Of a stretch of DNA of 55,966 nucleotides, positions 15,334 to 23,826 are shown in pieces. A model generated the notes under the pieces. That model did no database searches. It saw only the letters and a program-made list of their open reading frames with translations, and was not told the origin of the DNA. Position numbers and translations under genes: made by a program. The stretch lies in IMG/VR virus record IMGVR_UViG_3300042301_003333, positions 1 through 55,966 of that record; one strand, 5' to 3'. The stretch's first letter is position 1. Every line of letters begins with the position of its first letter. This DNA comes from a virus. Its lineage: Duplodnaviria; Caudoviricetes.

Positions 15334-16491
15334 ATGCACCAGGGGACATTTGACTTGCGGGAGGGCGACGCGCTCGACGTGCTGCGCTCGCTGCCCGATG
15401 CGTCCGTCAACCTCGTCGTGACGGACCCGCCGTACTTCAAGGTGAAGGCCGAATGGTGGGACCGGCAGTGGGAGAAGCCCGCCGGATTCCTCGCGTGGAT
15501 GGGGCAGCTCGTCGACGAGTGGCGGCGCGTGCTCAAGCCGAACGGCTCTCTCTACGTCTTCGCCTCGCCGCAAATGGCTGCCCGCGTCGAGGGCGTCGTC
15601 GCCGAGCGCATGAAGGTGCTCAACAGCATCGTGTGGGCAAAGCCGCGCTTCTCGACGAAGGCCGAGATGTTCGTCAAGGGCGACCAGCGCGCCTTCTTCC
15701 CTGCCACCGAGCGCATCGTCTTCGCGGAGCAGTTCGGCACCGACAACATGGCGCGAGGCGAGGCAGGCTACGCCGCCAAGTGCAACGAACTGCGGTCGCT
15801 CGTCTTTGAGCCGCTGCGCGCTTACCTAGACGGCGAGCGCGAGAGGGCGGAGCTGTCGCGAGTGGAAATCGCTCGCGCATGGGGGGGGCTTCGCAAGGAG
15901 AAAAAGCGTAGCGACATGACATCGCACTGGTTTGGTCAGTCACAATGGCAGTTGCCAAGCCGAGCAAGCTACGAGTGGCTCCGTGCGCTGTTTAACGAGG
16001 CGCAGCCGGGCGGAGACTTGCTCGCTCGCGAGTACGAAGGGTTGCGGCGCGAGTACGAAGGGTTGCGGCGCGAGTACGAAGGGTTGCGGCGCGAGTACGA
16101 AGGGTTGCGGCGTCCGTTCGAGGTGTCCGACGAAGTGCCGTACACCGACGTCTGGACGTTCCCGACGGTGCCGCACCGCCCCGGCAAGCATCCATGCGAG
16201 AAGCCGGCGGACCTCATTCGGCACATCGTGCGGGCCTCGTCGCGCCCCGGCGACGTCGTGCTCGACTCATTTGCCGGCTCGGGCGTCGTCGGGCGCATCG
16301 CCATCGAGGAAGGCCGGTCGTTCATCGGCTCCGAGATCGACCCGCACTGGGTCGCCGTAGCACGTCGCAGCATCGACGCCGCACAACCCGTCGCCGCGAC
16401 AACGGGCGGGGCTAGGGACTCGACGAGAAAGACGCGAACGGGGACCGCCTCGCCGTCGCAAGGCTGGTTGTTCGCACGGGAGACGGCATGA
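15334..16491 (+). CDS. N6-adenine/N4-cytosine DNA methyltransferase (beta class)
   Basis: VTDPPY, HPCEKP, VLDSFAGSG; ATG 15334 with GGGAG RBS. Confidence 0.92.
   Translation: MHQGTFDLREGDALDVLRSLPDASVNLVVTDPPYFKVKAEWWDRQWEKPAGFLAWMGQLVDEWRRVLKPNGSLYVFASPQMAARVEGVVAERMKVLNSIVWAKPRFSTKAEMFVKGDQRAFFPATERIVFAEQFGTDNMARGEAGYAAKCNELRSLVFEPLRAYLDGERERAELSRVEIARAWGGLRKEKKRSDMTSHWFGQSQWQLPSRASYEWLRALFNEAQPGGDLLAREYEGLRREYEGLRREYEGLRREYEGLRRPFEVSDEVPYTDVWTFPTVPHRPGKHPCEKPADLIRHIVRASSRPGDVVLDSFAGSGVVGRIAIEEGRSFIGSEIDPHWVAVARRSIDAAQPVAATTGGARDSTRKTRTGTASPSQGWLFARETA
15881..15888 (+). repeat. G8 homopolymer inside the methyltransferase, currently in frame
   Basis: TGG GGG GGG CTT. Confidence 0.9.
16027..16110 (+). 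repeat. Four perfect 21-bp tandem repeats encoding REYEGLR
   Basis: CGCGAGTACGAAGGGTTGCGG x4. Confidence 0.95.
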
Positions 16492-16877
16492 GCAACAGGG
16501 TCAAGAAGTTCATGGACGGCAAGGCGACACCGATGGACATGCATCGGCGCTACGCATGGAACGGCAAGCCCTGCACGACTTGCGGCGGCGCGCCGGTCAT
16601 CCGCCTCAAGACCTTCATGAAGGCCGACGACTTCACCTCGACCGTCGAGCCCGGCATCATGGCGATGATCGCGGCGGCGTGCGACGGCAGGCTCCCGACG
16701 GTCCCGACGAAGTTCGGACCCATCGTCCGCATCGGCGACGCCTACGCCTGCCGTGCCTGCCAGAAGGATGCCGAGGTCGCGGCGGCTCGTCTGCCGGAAT
16801 ACGTCATCGTTGAGATCGATAGGGGCGTGCGCGATGTCCCGATCCAGGTCGGCGCGACCGGCCTCGTGCTGGCGTAG
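16488..16877 (+). CDS. Hypothetical protein with two CxxC motifs
   Basis: CTTC and CRAC; ATGA-coupled. Confidence 0.7.
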   Translation: MSNRVKKFMDGKATPMDMHRRYAWNGKPCTTCGGAPVIRLKTFMKADDFTSTVEPGIMAMIAAACDGRLPTVPTKFGPIVRIGDAYACRACQKDAEVAAARLPEYVIVEIDRGVRDVPIQVGATGLVLA

Positions 16878-16879
16878 CC

Positions 16880-17098
16880 GTGGACCGGCGCTGCAGGACG
16901 TGCGCGCAGGTCGCGACGCTCTACGCGCACTCGCTGGCGGAGGAGGAGCACCGCTGGTCGGGCGGCGACGAGAGCCTCTGCCCGTGCGTGCCCGCCCTGC
17001 TCTGCGCCGTCTGCCATCACTCCCTGCTCGACGGACAGGCGCTTGTGCTGCTCGGCGAGGAGGACGCGCCGAAACAGGAATCCGCCCTAGTCCACTGA
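16880..17098 (+). CDS. Small Cys-rich hypothetical protein
   Basis: CRTC, CPC, CAVCHH; fills the gap between genes. Confidence 0.5.
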   Translation: MDRRCRTCAQVATLYAHSLAEEEHRWSGGDESLCPCVPALLCAVCHHSLLDGQALVLLGEEDAPKQESALVH

Positions 17099-17105
17099 GG
17101 TCCGC

Positions 17106-17417
17106 ATGGCCGACTCGTTCAAGCCGCCCGAGAGCGCCCGCAAGGCCGCGAAGCACGCGCTCGAGCTGCGCCGGAAATGGGGCCGTGGCGGAACGCCGGT
17201 CGGCGTCGCCCGCGCTCGCGACCTCGCCGGCGGAAAGAACGTCTCCCGCGAGACCGTCGGCCGCATGGCCGCCTTCGCTCGCCACCTCGACCAGCCCGAG
17301 GCGAAGCACGCAGAGGGTCCGAGCGCGCGCAAGGTGGCCGTAGGCCTTTGGGGCGGCCGGTCGGGCATCACCTGGGCGAAGTCGGTGATGGAGCGGCTCA
17401 AGAAGAAGGGGAAGTAG
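17106..17417 (+). CDS. Conserved phage head-region domain protein of unknown function
   Basis: GRGGTPVGVARARDLA...ETVGRM...LWGG...W pattern that recurs in phage head modules. Confidence 0.75.
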   Translation: MADSFKPPESARKAAKHALELRRKWGRGGTPVGVARARDLAGGKNVSRETVGRMAAFARHLDQPEAKHAEGPSARKVAVGLWGGRSGITWAKSVMERLKKKGK

Positions 17418-17419
17418 CC

Positions 17420-17620
17420 ATGCCGCTCAAGTCGCTTCGGCAAATGCGTTACCTGTATGCGGCAGAGGCGCGCAAGGAAGTGCCGAAGGGCACGGCCGCG
17501 AAGTTTGTCGCCGAGACCGGCAAGGCCAAGCTCGCGAAGCTGCCCGAGGTCGTGAAGCGCAAGGACCGGCGGCGGCTCGACCCGCTCGTCAAGGCGCGAC
17601 GCGCCGGGAAGGCGAAGTGA
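17420..17620 (+). CDS. Small basic phage protein (MPxKSxxQ type)
   Basis: MPLKSLRQMRYLYA...KLPE. Confidence 0.7.
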   Translation: MPLKSLRQMRYLYAAEARKEVPKGTAAKFVAETGKAKLAKLPEVVKRKDRRRLDPLVKARRAGKAK

Positions 17621-17982
17621 GCGACGCGCTCAAGCGGTTCGCCGCGACCATCCCGAAGCCCGCGCCCGCCGACGGCGGCGAGGGCCGTGCGCTCGAGCGC
17701 CTGCGCGGCGAGGCGACTGCGGCCGGTGCCACGCTAGCCAAGCAGGGCAAGGGCGGCCTGCCGGCGTCGACCGCGCTCGGCGTTTTCCGTCGCGACCAGT
17801 ACCGCTGCAAGAAGTGCGGCGGTCGCGAGAACCTCGAGTTGCACCACAAAGCCGACCTCAAGCACCCGCCATCCCTGCGTCTCGCCCGCATGTCGGTTGG
17901 GCTCGACCCGCGCACGATTGTCGTCGTCTGCGCCCGAGACCATGATCGCATCCACGCCGCCGATGAGGCTCTGAGTGGCTAA
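17617..17982 (+). CDS. HNH endonuclease
   Basis: VFRRDQYRCKKCG...LELHH...VVCARDHDRIH. Confidence 0.8.
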   Translation: MSDALKRFAATIPKPAPADGGEGRALERLRGEATAAGATLAKQGKGGLPASTALGVFRRDQYRCKKCGGRENLELHHKADLKHPPSLRLARMSVGLDPRTIVVVCARDHDRIHAADEALSG

Positions 17983-19165
17983 GCCGACGACGCCCGAGGA
18001 GCTCGCTCGTGCCGTCGAGCGCGTCGAGGGCGCGTTCCAAGCGACCGGCCGAACGCTCGAGCGCCTGACCCGCGAGCGCGGCGTGCGGCCGATGTTCCGT
18101 CTCATCGACCAGGCGGCGGCCGAGCTCGAGCGCAAGGTCGCCCGATTGGCTCCCGGCGACGAGACGTTCACGGCCGTCCAGCAGCGGGCGCTGCTCGCGC
18201 AGTACCGGATGATGCTGCTCGACCTTCAGCCGCGCATGACCCGCGTGCTCGGCGAGGCGTCCCGCGAGGCGCAGGTCGAAAGCATCCGCTCGATGGTCTC
18301 GACGCTCGCGCTCGCGGAGCTCGAGTTCGAGGGCGTCACGACGCCGGTCCCGCTGACGCAGGCCGCTCGCATGGCGGGCATCATCGACCGCGACCGCGCC
18401 TCGCTCCTGCGGCAGCACGACGTCTCGGTGCGGACCTACGGCGTCGACAGCATCACGCAGGCCGAGAAGTTCCTCGGGCAGTCGTTCGCGCTGCAGCGCC
18501 CGTATCACGAGGTGATGACAGGTCTTCTCGACATGGTCGACCAGAGCCGCTACCGCGCCGAGCGCATCGTTAGGACCGAGGTCTCGTTCGCGTATTCGGC
18601 CGCGCACGCCTCCGCCCTCGACGACGCATCCGAGATCATCCCTGGCCTGTTCCGGCGGTGGGTCGAGTACGTCAGCGACACGACCGGCGCCCCGCTTGAC
18701 GGCCGAGTGGCGAACGACTCGCTCGTCCTACACGGGCAGGTCGCCTTCACGCCCGAGGGCGCGACGATGGAGGCCCGCTCGACGTTCCTCGTCGGCGGCA
18801 CCGGCGGGTTCGAGATGCCTCGCGACAACCGCGTAAACGCGAAGCTCTGGGGCAAGCGGTACGCGCACCCGCCGAACCGGCCGAACGACCGCTCGCGCAT
18901 CGTCGGCTGGAAGGTCGACTGGCCGGTCCCCGCTTACATGGTCGTCAACGGGCAGCGCATGGACGTTAAGAAGGCGCTCGCGCTGATGACGGGCAAGGAC
19001 GCCGACGAGGCTCGCGAGGACGCCGAGGGAATCGACATTCCCGAGCAGCCGCTCGCCACCGAGGCCGAGGTCGACGAGGCCCGCGCCGGATTCGCTCGCG
19101 AGCGCGAACGGCGACGTGCCGAGGCCGCTGCACGACGTGCCAGGACACGCAAACCCAAGGAATGA
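17975..19165 (+). CDS. Head morphogenesis / minor capsid protein (Mu F / SPP1 gp7-like)
   Basis: RAERIVRTE and HPPNRPNDR. Confidence 0.8.
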   Translation: MAKPTTPEELARAVERVEGAFQATGRTLERLTRERGVRPMFRLIDQAAAELERKVARLAPGDETFTAVQQRALLAQYRMMLLDLQPRMTRVLGEASREAQVESIRSMVSTLALAELEFEGVTTPVPLTQAARMAGIIDRDRASLLRQHDVSVRTYGVDSITQAEKFLGQSFALQRPYHEVMTGLLDMVDQSRYRAERIVRTEVSFAYSAAHASALDDASEIIPGLFRRWVEYVSDTTGAPLDGRVANDSLVLHGQVAFTPEGATMEARSTFLVGGTGGFEMPRDNRVNAKLWGKRYAHPPNRPNDRSRIVGWKVDWPVPAYMVVNGQRMDVKKALALMTGKDADEAREDAEGIDIPEQPLATEAEVDEARAGFARERERRRAEAAARRARTRKPKE

Positions 19166-19219
19166 CGGTCCCGCAATAGGGACCGCGTTGTGCGCCTTCG
19201 CAGGCGCGAGGTATCGACG

Positions 19220-19669
19220 ATGGACGCAGCGAAGCTCAAGGCATTTGCCGGCCATGGTGCGGGCGAGGGCAGCGGCAAGGGCGGCATGCTCGCCGAGCCG
19301 GGCGTGGGCAAGGTGCCGGCGAAGCAGAAGGAGACCGAGCTCGCCAAGAAGGCTCGCGAGATGATGGCGAAGGCCGTCGCGGTCGCCGAGGACGAGGACG
19401 CCGCCGGTCACGAGGAAATGATCGAGCACCTCGCCGGCTTCGACCCCGAGGAAGACGAGGCGCCGAGCGGCGTCAAGGACGTCGGCCTCTGGAAGCGGTT
19501 CGTCGCTCTCGTCGACCCCGAGGGCAAGGGCAAGGAACTCGAGAGTCCGTACGCCGTGGCGCTCGCGCTCTACTGGCTCTCCGGCGGTCCGCTCGAGGAC
19601 ATCTACGAGCACATGGAAGAAGCCGAGGCCGCCGAAGAGGCGGAAGAGCTCGAGGAGGACGAGGACTAG
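19220..19669 (+). CDS. Acidic hypothetical head-region protein
   Basis: ATG 19220 with GAGGT RBS; YAVALALYWLSGG; Glu-rich tail. Confidence 0.7.
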   Translation: MDAAKLKAFAGHGAGEGSGKGGMLAEPGVGKVPAKQKETELAKKAREMMAKAVAVAEDEDAAGHEEMIEHLAGFDPEEDEAPSGVKDVGLWKRFVALVDPEGKGKELESPYAVALALYWLSGGPLEDIYEHMEEAEAAEEAEELEEDED

Positions 19670-19688
19670 CTCCTCGTCGGGAGGCCGC

Positions 19689-19916
19689 ATGGCCGACAAC
19701 GATCCGAAAGTCATGGCCGAGGCGTACCGGCAGGTGCTCATGGGGCGCGAGCCGCAGGGACTCGTGAGCGCCGACGTCAACCTGCCCGCGCTGTCTCGCG
19801 TCAACACGACGGCCGCGCAGCAGAAGGCGAAGGGCAACCCGGTCGGCGCTCGCTGGCTCGAGGGCGCCACCACGCGCGACGTCAAGTCGTACCGCGACGT
19901 CCGAGGAGGCAAGTGA
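19689..19916 (+). CDS. Small head-region protein 1
   Basis: GGAGG RBS; ends VKSYRDVRGGK. Confidence 0.7.
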   Translation: MADNDPKVMAEAYRQVLMGREPQGLVSADVNLPALSRVNTTAAQQKAKGNPVGARWLEGATTRDVKSYRDVRGGK

Positions 19917-20125
19917 TGTTCAAGTCACAGGCAGGCAACCTGCGCTCGCCGCGCAAGGAAGCCGAGAAGAAGGGCACCGAGGCGGCTGGCTTTGCGTCGT
20001 GGGACTACGACGCGCATGCCGGCATCCCCGACCGCGCCATGGGCGCGGGCCAGAAGTACGACGACAAGTCGGCGGGCCTCTCGCCCGTCAACGCTCCGGC
20101 CGGCGCGCAGCGCAAGCCGTTCTGA
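19916..20125 (+). CDS. Small head-region protein 2, ends KPF
   Basis: GGAGG RBS, TGATG coupling; ends AQRKPF. Confidence 0.7.
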   Translation: MFKSQAGNLRSPRKEAEKKGTEAAGFASWDYDAHAGIPDRAMGAGQKYDDKSAGLSPVNAPAGAQRKPF

Positions 20126-20133
20126 GGAACCCC

Positions 20134-20295
20134 ATGCACACGAAGCTTTCCGAGGTCGCCGCTGCCGTGCAGTCAGGCGCCGACAAGTGCCCGGTCTGCG
20201 TCATCGACAAGCAGATCGGGATGCACCAGGGCAACGTCACCGTCGCCCCCAGCTCGGCGCCCCTCGTCGGGCAGCCGAAGCCCTTCAAGGGCTAG
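20134..20295 (+). CDS. Small head-region protein 3 (53 aa), ends QPKPFKG
   Basis: GAGGA RBS; MHTKLSEV... Confidence 0.7.
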   Translation: MHTKLSEVAAAVQSGADKCPVCVIDKQIGMHQGNVTVAPSSAPLVGQPKPFKG

Positions 20296-20305
20296 GAGAA
20301 TCGCC

Positions 20306-20479
20306 ATGGTCAAGAACTCCGAGTTCGTCCCGATGGGTCCGCCCGCCGACCCGATGGAACTGATCAAGAAGGCGCAGGGCTCGTTCGTCTCGAACGTCCC
20401 CGCCGCCGCCGGCCTCGAGGACAGCACCGCTCTCGCGGCGATGCCCAAGCAGGTCCAGCCGAAGCCGTTCAAGGGATAG
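20306..20479 (+). CDS. Small head-region protein 4 (57 aa), ends QPKPFKG; not in the ORF track
   Basis: AGGAG RBS; MVKNSEFVPMGPPADPMELIKKAQGSFVSNVPAAAGLEDSTALAAMPKQVQPKPFKG. Confidence 0.7.
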   Translation: MVKNSEFVPMGPPADPMELIKKAQGSFVSNVPAAAGLEDSTALAAMPKQVQPKPFKG

Positions 20480-20485
20480 CTGCCA

Positions 20486-20881
20486 ATGGCCGACCTGATC
20501 CTTCCGACGACGTTCGAGCTCTCTGGCGGCTACGCGCTGGCTCCGACGCTTCCCCTCGCGGGCGGCGTCGAGGCGGCGGTCGAGCTGACCGAGATCGTGC
20601 AACTGTCGGCAGTGTCGGGTCCGCTGTCGCGCTCGCTCGCCCCGAACGCTGTCGCCACGCTTGACGTCGAGACGCTTCTCGGCGCTGACGTCGGCGGCGG
20701 CGTGCTCGTTGTCCAGTCGACGGGCGCGGTGCGCGTCGAGTGCGCGGGCGTCCTCGACGCTCGCGGCACGACCCTTGTCCTCATCCTCGACGCGAACCTG
20801 CTGACGGGCACGCTCGAGATCACGAACCTGTCAGCCACCACTTCCGCCTCCGTGCGATTCACGCTCGGGGCGCAACGCTAG
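20486..20881 (+). CDS. Beta-rich probable structural protein
   Basis: Thr/Val/Leu/Gly-rich; located in the head module. Confidence 0.6.
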   Translation: MADLILPTTFELSGGYALAPTLPLAGGVEAAVELTEIVQLSAVSGPLSRSLAPNAVATLDVETLLGADVGGGVLVVQSTGAVRVECAGVLDARGTTLVLILDANLLTGTLEITNLSATTSASVRFTLGAQR

Positions 20882-20891
20882 GGAATCCGCA

Positions 20892-21296
20892 ATGTCCACC
20901 GCCATTCTTCCCCAGACCCTCGAGCTCGGGCTCTCCCAGGCGAACCCCGGCTTCCTCGCCGACGCTCTCCGCAAGGTCGACCTCGGCTCCTTCTTCAAGC
21001 TGCAGAAGGAGACCATCACGCAGGCCGCCGCCGACACCGTCGTGCTGTCGAAGGCCGCGTTCGGTCCCGCCATGGTCCAGGTGCGCGTGACCGCCGGCGG
21101 CGCCAGCACCCTCGGCGCGTATCTCGTGTCCGACTCCGGCGGCGTCGCCGTGGTCGTCGGCGCCGAGATCGGCGTCTGCAAGCTGTCCGACGACGGCCTG
21201 ACGCTGACTTTCGCCGCCGGCAGCAACATCACCGGCTGCGTCGTCTCGTACCTCGCCGCCTCGGCCGCGCCGCTCGACGAGGCGTTCGGCTTCTAG
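20892..21296 (+). CDS. Probable head structural/decoration protein
   Basis: Composition and position upstream of the scaffold. Confidence 0.6.
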   Translation: MSTAILPQTLELGLSQANPGFLADALRKVDLGSFFKLQKETITQAAADTVVLSKAAFGPAMVQVRVTAGGASTLGAYLVSDSGGVAVVVGAEIGVCKLSDDGLTLTFAAGSNITGCVVSYLAASAAPLDEAFGF

Positions 21297-21451
21297 TCGC
21301 AGCATTCGGACGGTGCCCCCCTCGCCGTTCGATAGGGGCTCGGCGGGTTCGTCTCCCGCTCGCCGAGCTCCACTTTCCGCCGGGAGGCACAACCATCTCG
21401 ACAGCGTGCCGCCACGCCATACGCGGGCGGTAACTACGCGGACAAGGCACC

Positions 21452-22303
21452 ATGTCGGAAACCATCAGCACGACCCCTGTACAGGTTGGCGACGCCACCG
21501 TGGCGACCGCGCAGCCCATCGCACCGGGCAACCTCGTCTCCGGCGACACCGTCGCCGCGCCGATGGGCGCTCCCGAGCAGCCGCAGGGCAAGACCATCTC
21601 GCTGCCCACGTCGGCCTTCGCAAAGCTGAAGGCTGAGGCCATCGAGAAGGGCAAGAAGGCAGCGAACACCGAGATGCAGGCGAAGGCCAAGGCTTTCGGC
21701 TTCGACTCGGTCGACGCGATGTTCCAGGCGCTCGAGACGGCGCGCACTGGCTCGACCGTCGAGACGCAGCAGGAGACGCGGCAGGCTGCGAAGCCCGCGC
21801 AGGCGCAGAAGCCCGCGCAGGCCGCCGGCAACGTCTCGGCCGAGGCGCTCCGCATCGCGAAGGAAATGGAGCGCGCGCGCAAGGAAGCCGAGAAGGCGAG
21901 CCGCGAGGCCCGTCGCTATCGGCAGGAGCTCGAGGAGTACCAGGCGACCGCAGAGATGCGGGAGCACCTGCTCCGAGCCGGCGTTCGCGAGGACGTCGAC
22001 TACGCGCTCGACCTCATGCGTCGCGACATCAACGCGAAGCTGCAGACGGACCCCGAACTCGCGTCGTACAGCACCGACGAGTTCCTCAAGTCGCTCCGCA
22101 CGAACAAGCCGTTCCTTTTCGGCGAGGCGCGCGTGGCCGCGACGACCGGCACTGGCGGCGAGGGCGTGCAGGCGCGCCCGCTCGCTCCTGGGCAGGCCGC
22201 CGCGACGACGGCGCAGGCCGACCAGTTTGACGCCCGCAAGGCGTCAGCCGAGCAGATCAAGGCGCGTCTCGCGCAGCTCGGCGTTCAGTATTCCCGCCAG
22301 TAA
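21452..22303 (+). CDS. Capsid scaffolding protein
   Basis: Helical Ala/Glu/Lys-rich coiled coil, KPFLF motif, directly upstream of the MCP. Confidence 0.75.
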   Translation: MSETISTTPVQVGDATVATAQPIAPGNLVSGDTVAAPMGAPEQPQGKTISLPTSAFAKLKAEAIEKGKKAANTEMQAKAKAFGFDSVDAMFQALETARTGSTVETQQETRQAAKPAQAQKPAQAAGNVSAEALRIAKEMERARKEAEKASREARRYRQELEEYQATAEMREHLLRAGVREDVDYALDLMRRDINAKLQTDPELASYSTDEFLKSLRTNKPFLFGEARVAATTGTGGEGVQARPLAPGQAAATTAQADQFDARKASAEQIKARLAQLGVQYSRQ

Positions 22304-22386
22304 TAGGGCTGGCGGAAGCAACTCCGTCTCGGGTGGCTCGCGGAATCCCCGAGGCTCTCTCACTTCCGCACAGACTCAGGTGACAC

Positions 22387-23808
22387 ATGGCTGACTTTTC
22401 CGTCATTGCCCAGAGCGGCCAGGTCCGCGCTCTCGTGCAGGAGGGCTTGCTCGAGCGCGCCTTCCACGACTCTCTCTTTCCCCGCATGTTGTTCCGTGGC
22501 GATGCCGAGCAGAAGGCTTGGACCGCGAACCTCGGCGATTCGATGTACTTCACGGGCGCCGGGCTGCTCGACATCAGCCTGAAGCCGCAGCAGGCGAACG
22601 TCGACCCGACCCCGTCCACCTACTCGAACGAGCAGTGGATCGGCCAGCTCAACAGCTACTCGGGCAGCATCGACACGAACATCCCGACGAGCGTCAACGC
22701 CATCGCGGACCTGTTCGTTCGCAACGCCCAGCAGCTCGGCCTCGCGGCGGCGAAGACGATCAACCGCCTCGCCCGTGACAAGATGTACAACGCGGCCCTC
22801 GACGGCCAGACCGTCGCCGACGGCGCGGCGTCCTCGGGCGCCTCGACCATCGCGGTCAAGCGGCTCAACGGCTTCACCACGGCGCGCAATCCCGGTCTGC
22901 CGAGCGGCTCGCCGGTGCGCTTCGCTCCGGTGACCAGCGGCAACCCGCTCGCCATCCTCATCAACGTCGGCGGCTCGCTCGTCGCCAACACGGTCGTGGG
23001 CTACGTCCCCGGCGTCGCCGGTGACGAGATCGGGCCGGGCTCGCTCGTGCTCGGCACGCCGCTGTCGGGCAACGTCTCCGACCGCGCCGCCATCCTCGCG
23101 GTCGACCGCTCGGTCGTCATCCGCGCCGCGACGAACGGCGGGCAGGGCATCAACTCGACGGTGGACTCAGTTGACGCCGTGTTCTCGATGACCCAGATCC
23201 GCGCGGCGGTCGCCCGCTTCCGCCAGCAGAACGTCCCCGAGTACGCCGACGGGTCGTTCCACTCGCACCTCGACCCGATCTCCGAGGCCGAGATCTACGA
23301 GAGCACCGAGTTCCAGCGCCTCAACACGAGCTTGCCGGACTATTACATGTACCGGCAGTTCGCCATCGGCCAGATGCTCGGCGTCACGTTCTTCCGCAAC
23401 ACGGAGTGCCCGGTCAAGGAGACCGTCATCGGCGCCGGCGACAGCAACGCGACCGAGGTCTTCACGCAGGATGATCCGTTCGCGGGCGAGATCTGGAACG
23501 CCTCGAACACCGAGATCCACCGCGTGCTGTTCAGCGGTCAGGGCGGCCTGAACGAGTACTACCAGGACGTCGGCCAGTACATCACCGACGCCGGCCTGAC
23601 GGGCAAGCTCGCGACGCCCGCCATCACGAACAACGGCATCGAGGTGAACAGCGACAAGATCACGCTGATCATGCGCGCGCCGCTGAACCGCCTGCAGGAC
23701 CTCGTGTCGACCTCGTGGCGCTACGTCGGCGACTTCGTCGTCCGCACCGACGCCGCCGTGGGCGACAAGAGCCGCTACAAGCGCATGCTCACCGTCGAGC
23801 ACAAGTAA
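22387..23808 (+). CDS. Major capsid protein
   Basis: 473 aa after the scaffold; strongest codon bias in the region; QLGLAAAKTINRLARDKM helix and IGQMLGVTF. Confidence 0.85.
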   Translation: MADFSVIAQSGQVRALVQEGLLERAFHDSLFPRMLFRGDAEQKAWTANLGDSMYFTGAGLLDISLKPQQANVDPTPSTYSNEQWIGQLNSYSGSIDTNIPTSVNAIADLFVRNAQQLGLAAAKTINRLARDKMYNAALDGQTVADGAASSGASTIAVKRLNGFTTARNPGLPSGSPVRFAPVTSGNPLAILINVGGSLVANTVVGYVPGVAGDEIGPGSLVLGTPLSGNVSDRAAILAVDRSVVIRAATNGGQGINSTVDSVDAVFSMTQIRAAVARFRQQNVPEYADGSFHSHLDPISEAEIYESTEFQRLNTSLPDYYMYRQFAIGQMLGVTFFRNTECPVKETVIGAGDSNATEVFTQDDPFAGEIWNASNTEIHRVLFSGQGGLNEYYQDVGQYITDAGLTGKLATPAITNNGIEVNSDKITLIMRAPLNRLQDLVSTSWRYVGDFVVRTDAAVGDKSRYKRMLTVEHK

Positions 23809-23826
23809 GACACGCTGCCTTCTCTC

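Noticed and set aside
16027-16110. CRISPR array
   Set aside because: Direct tandem repeats with no spacers, in frame within a gene
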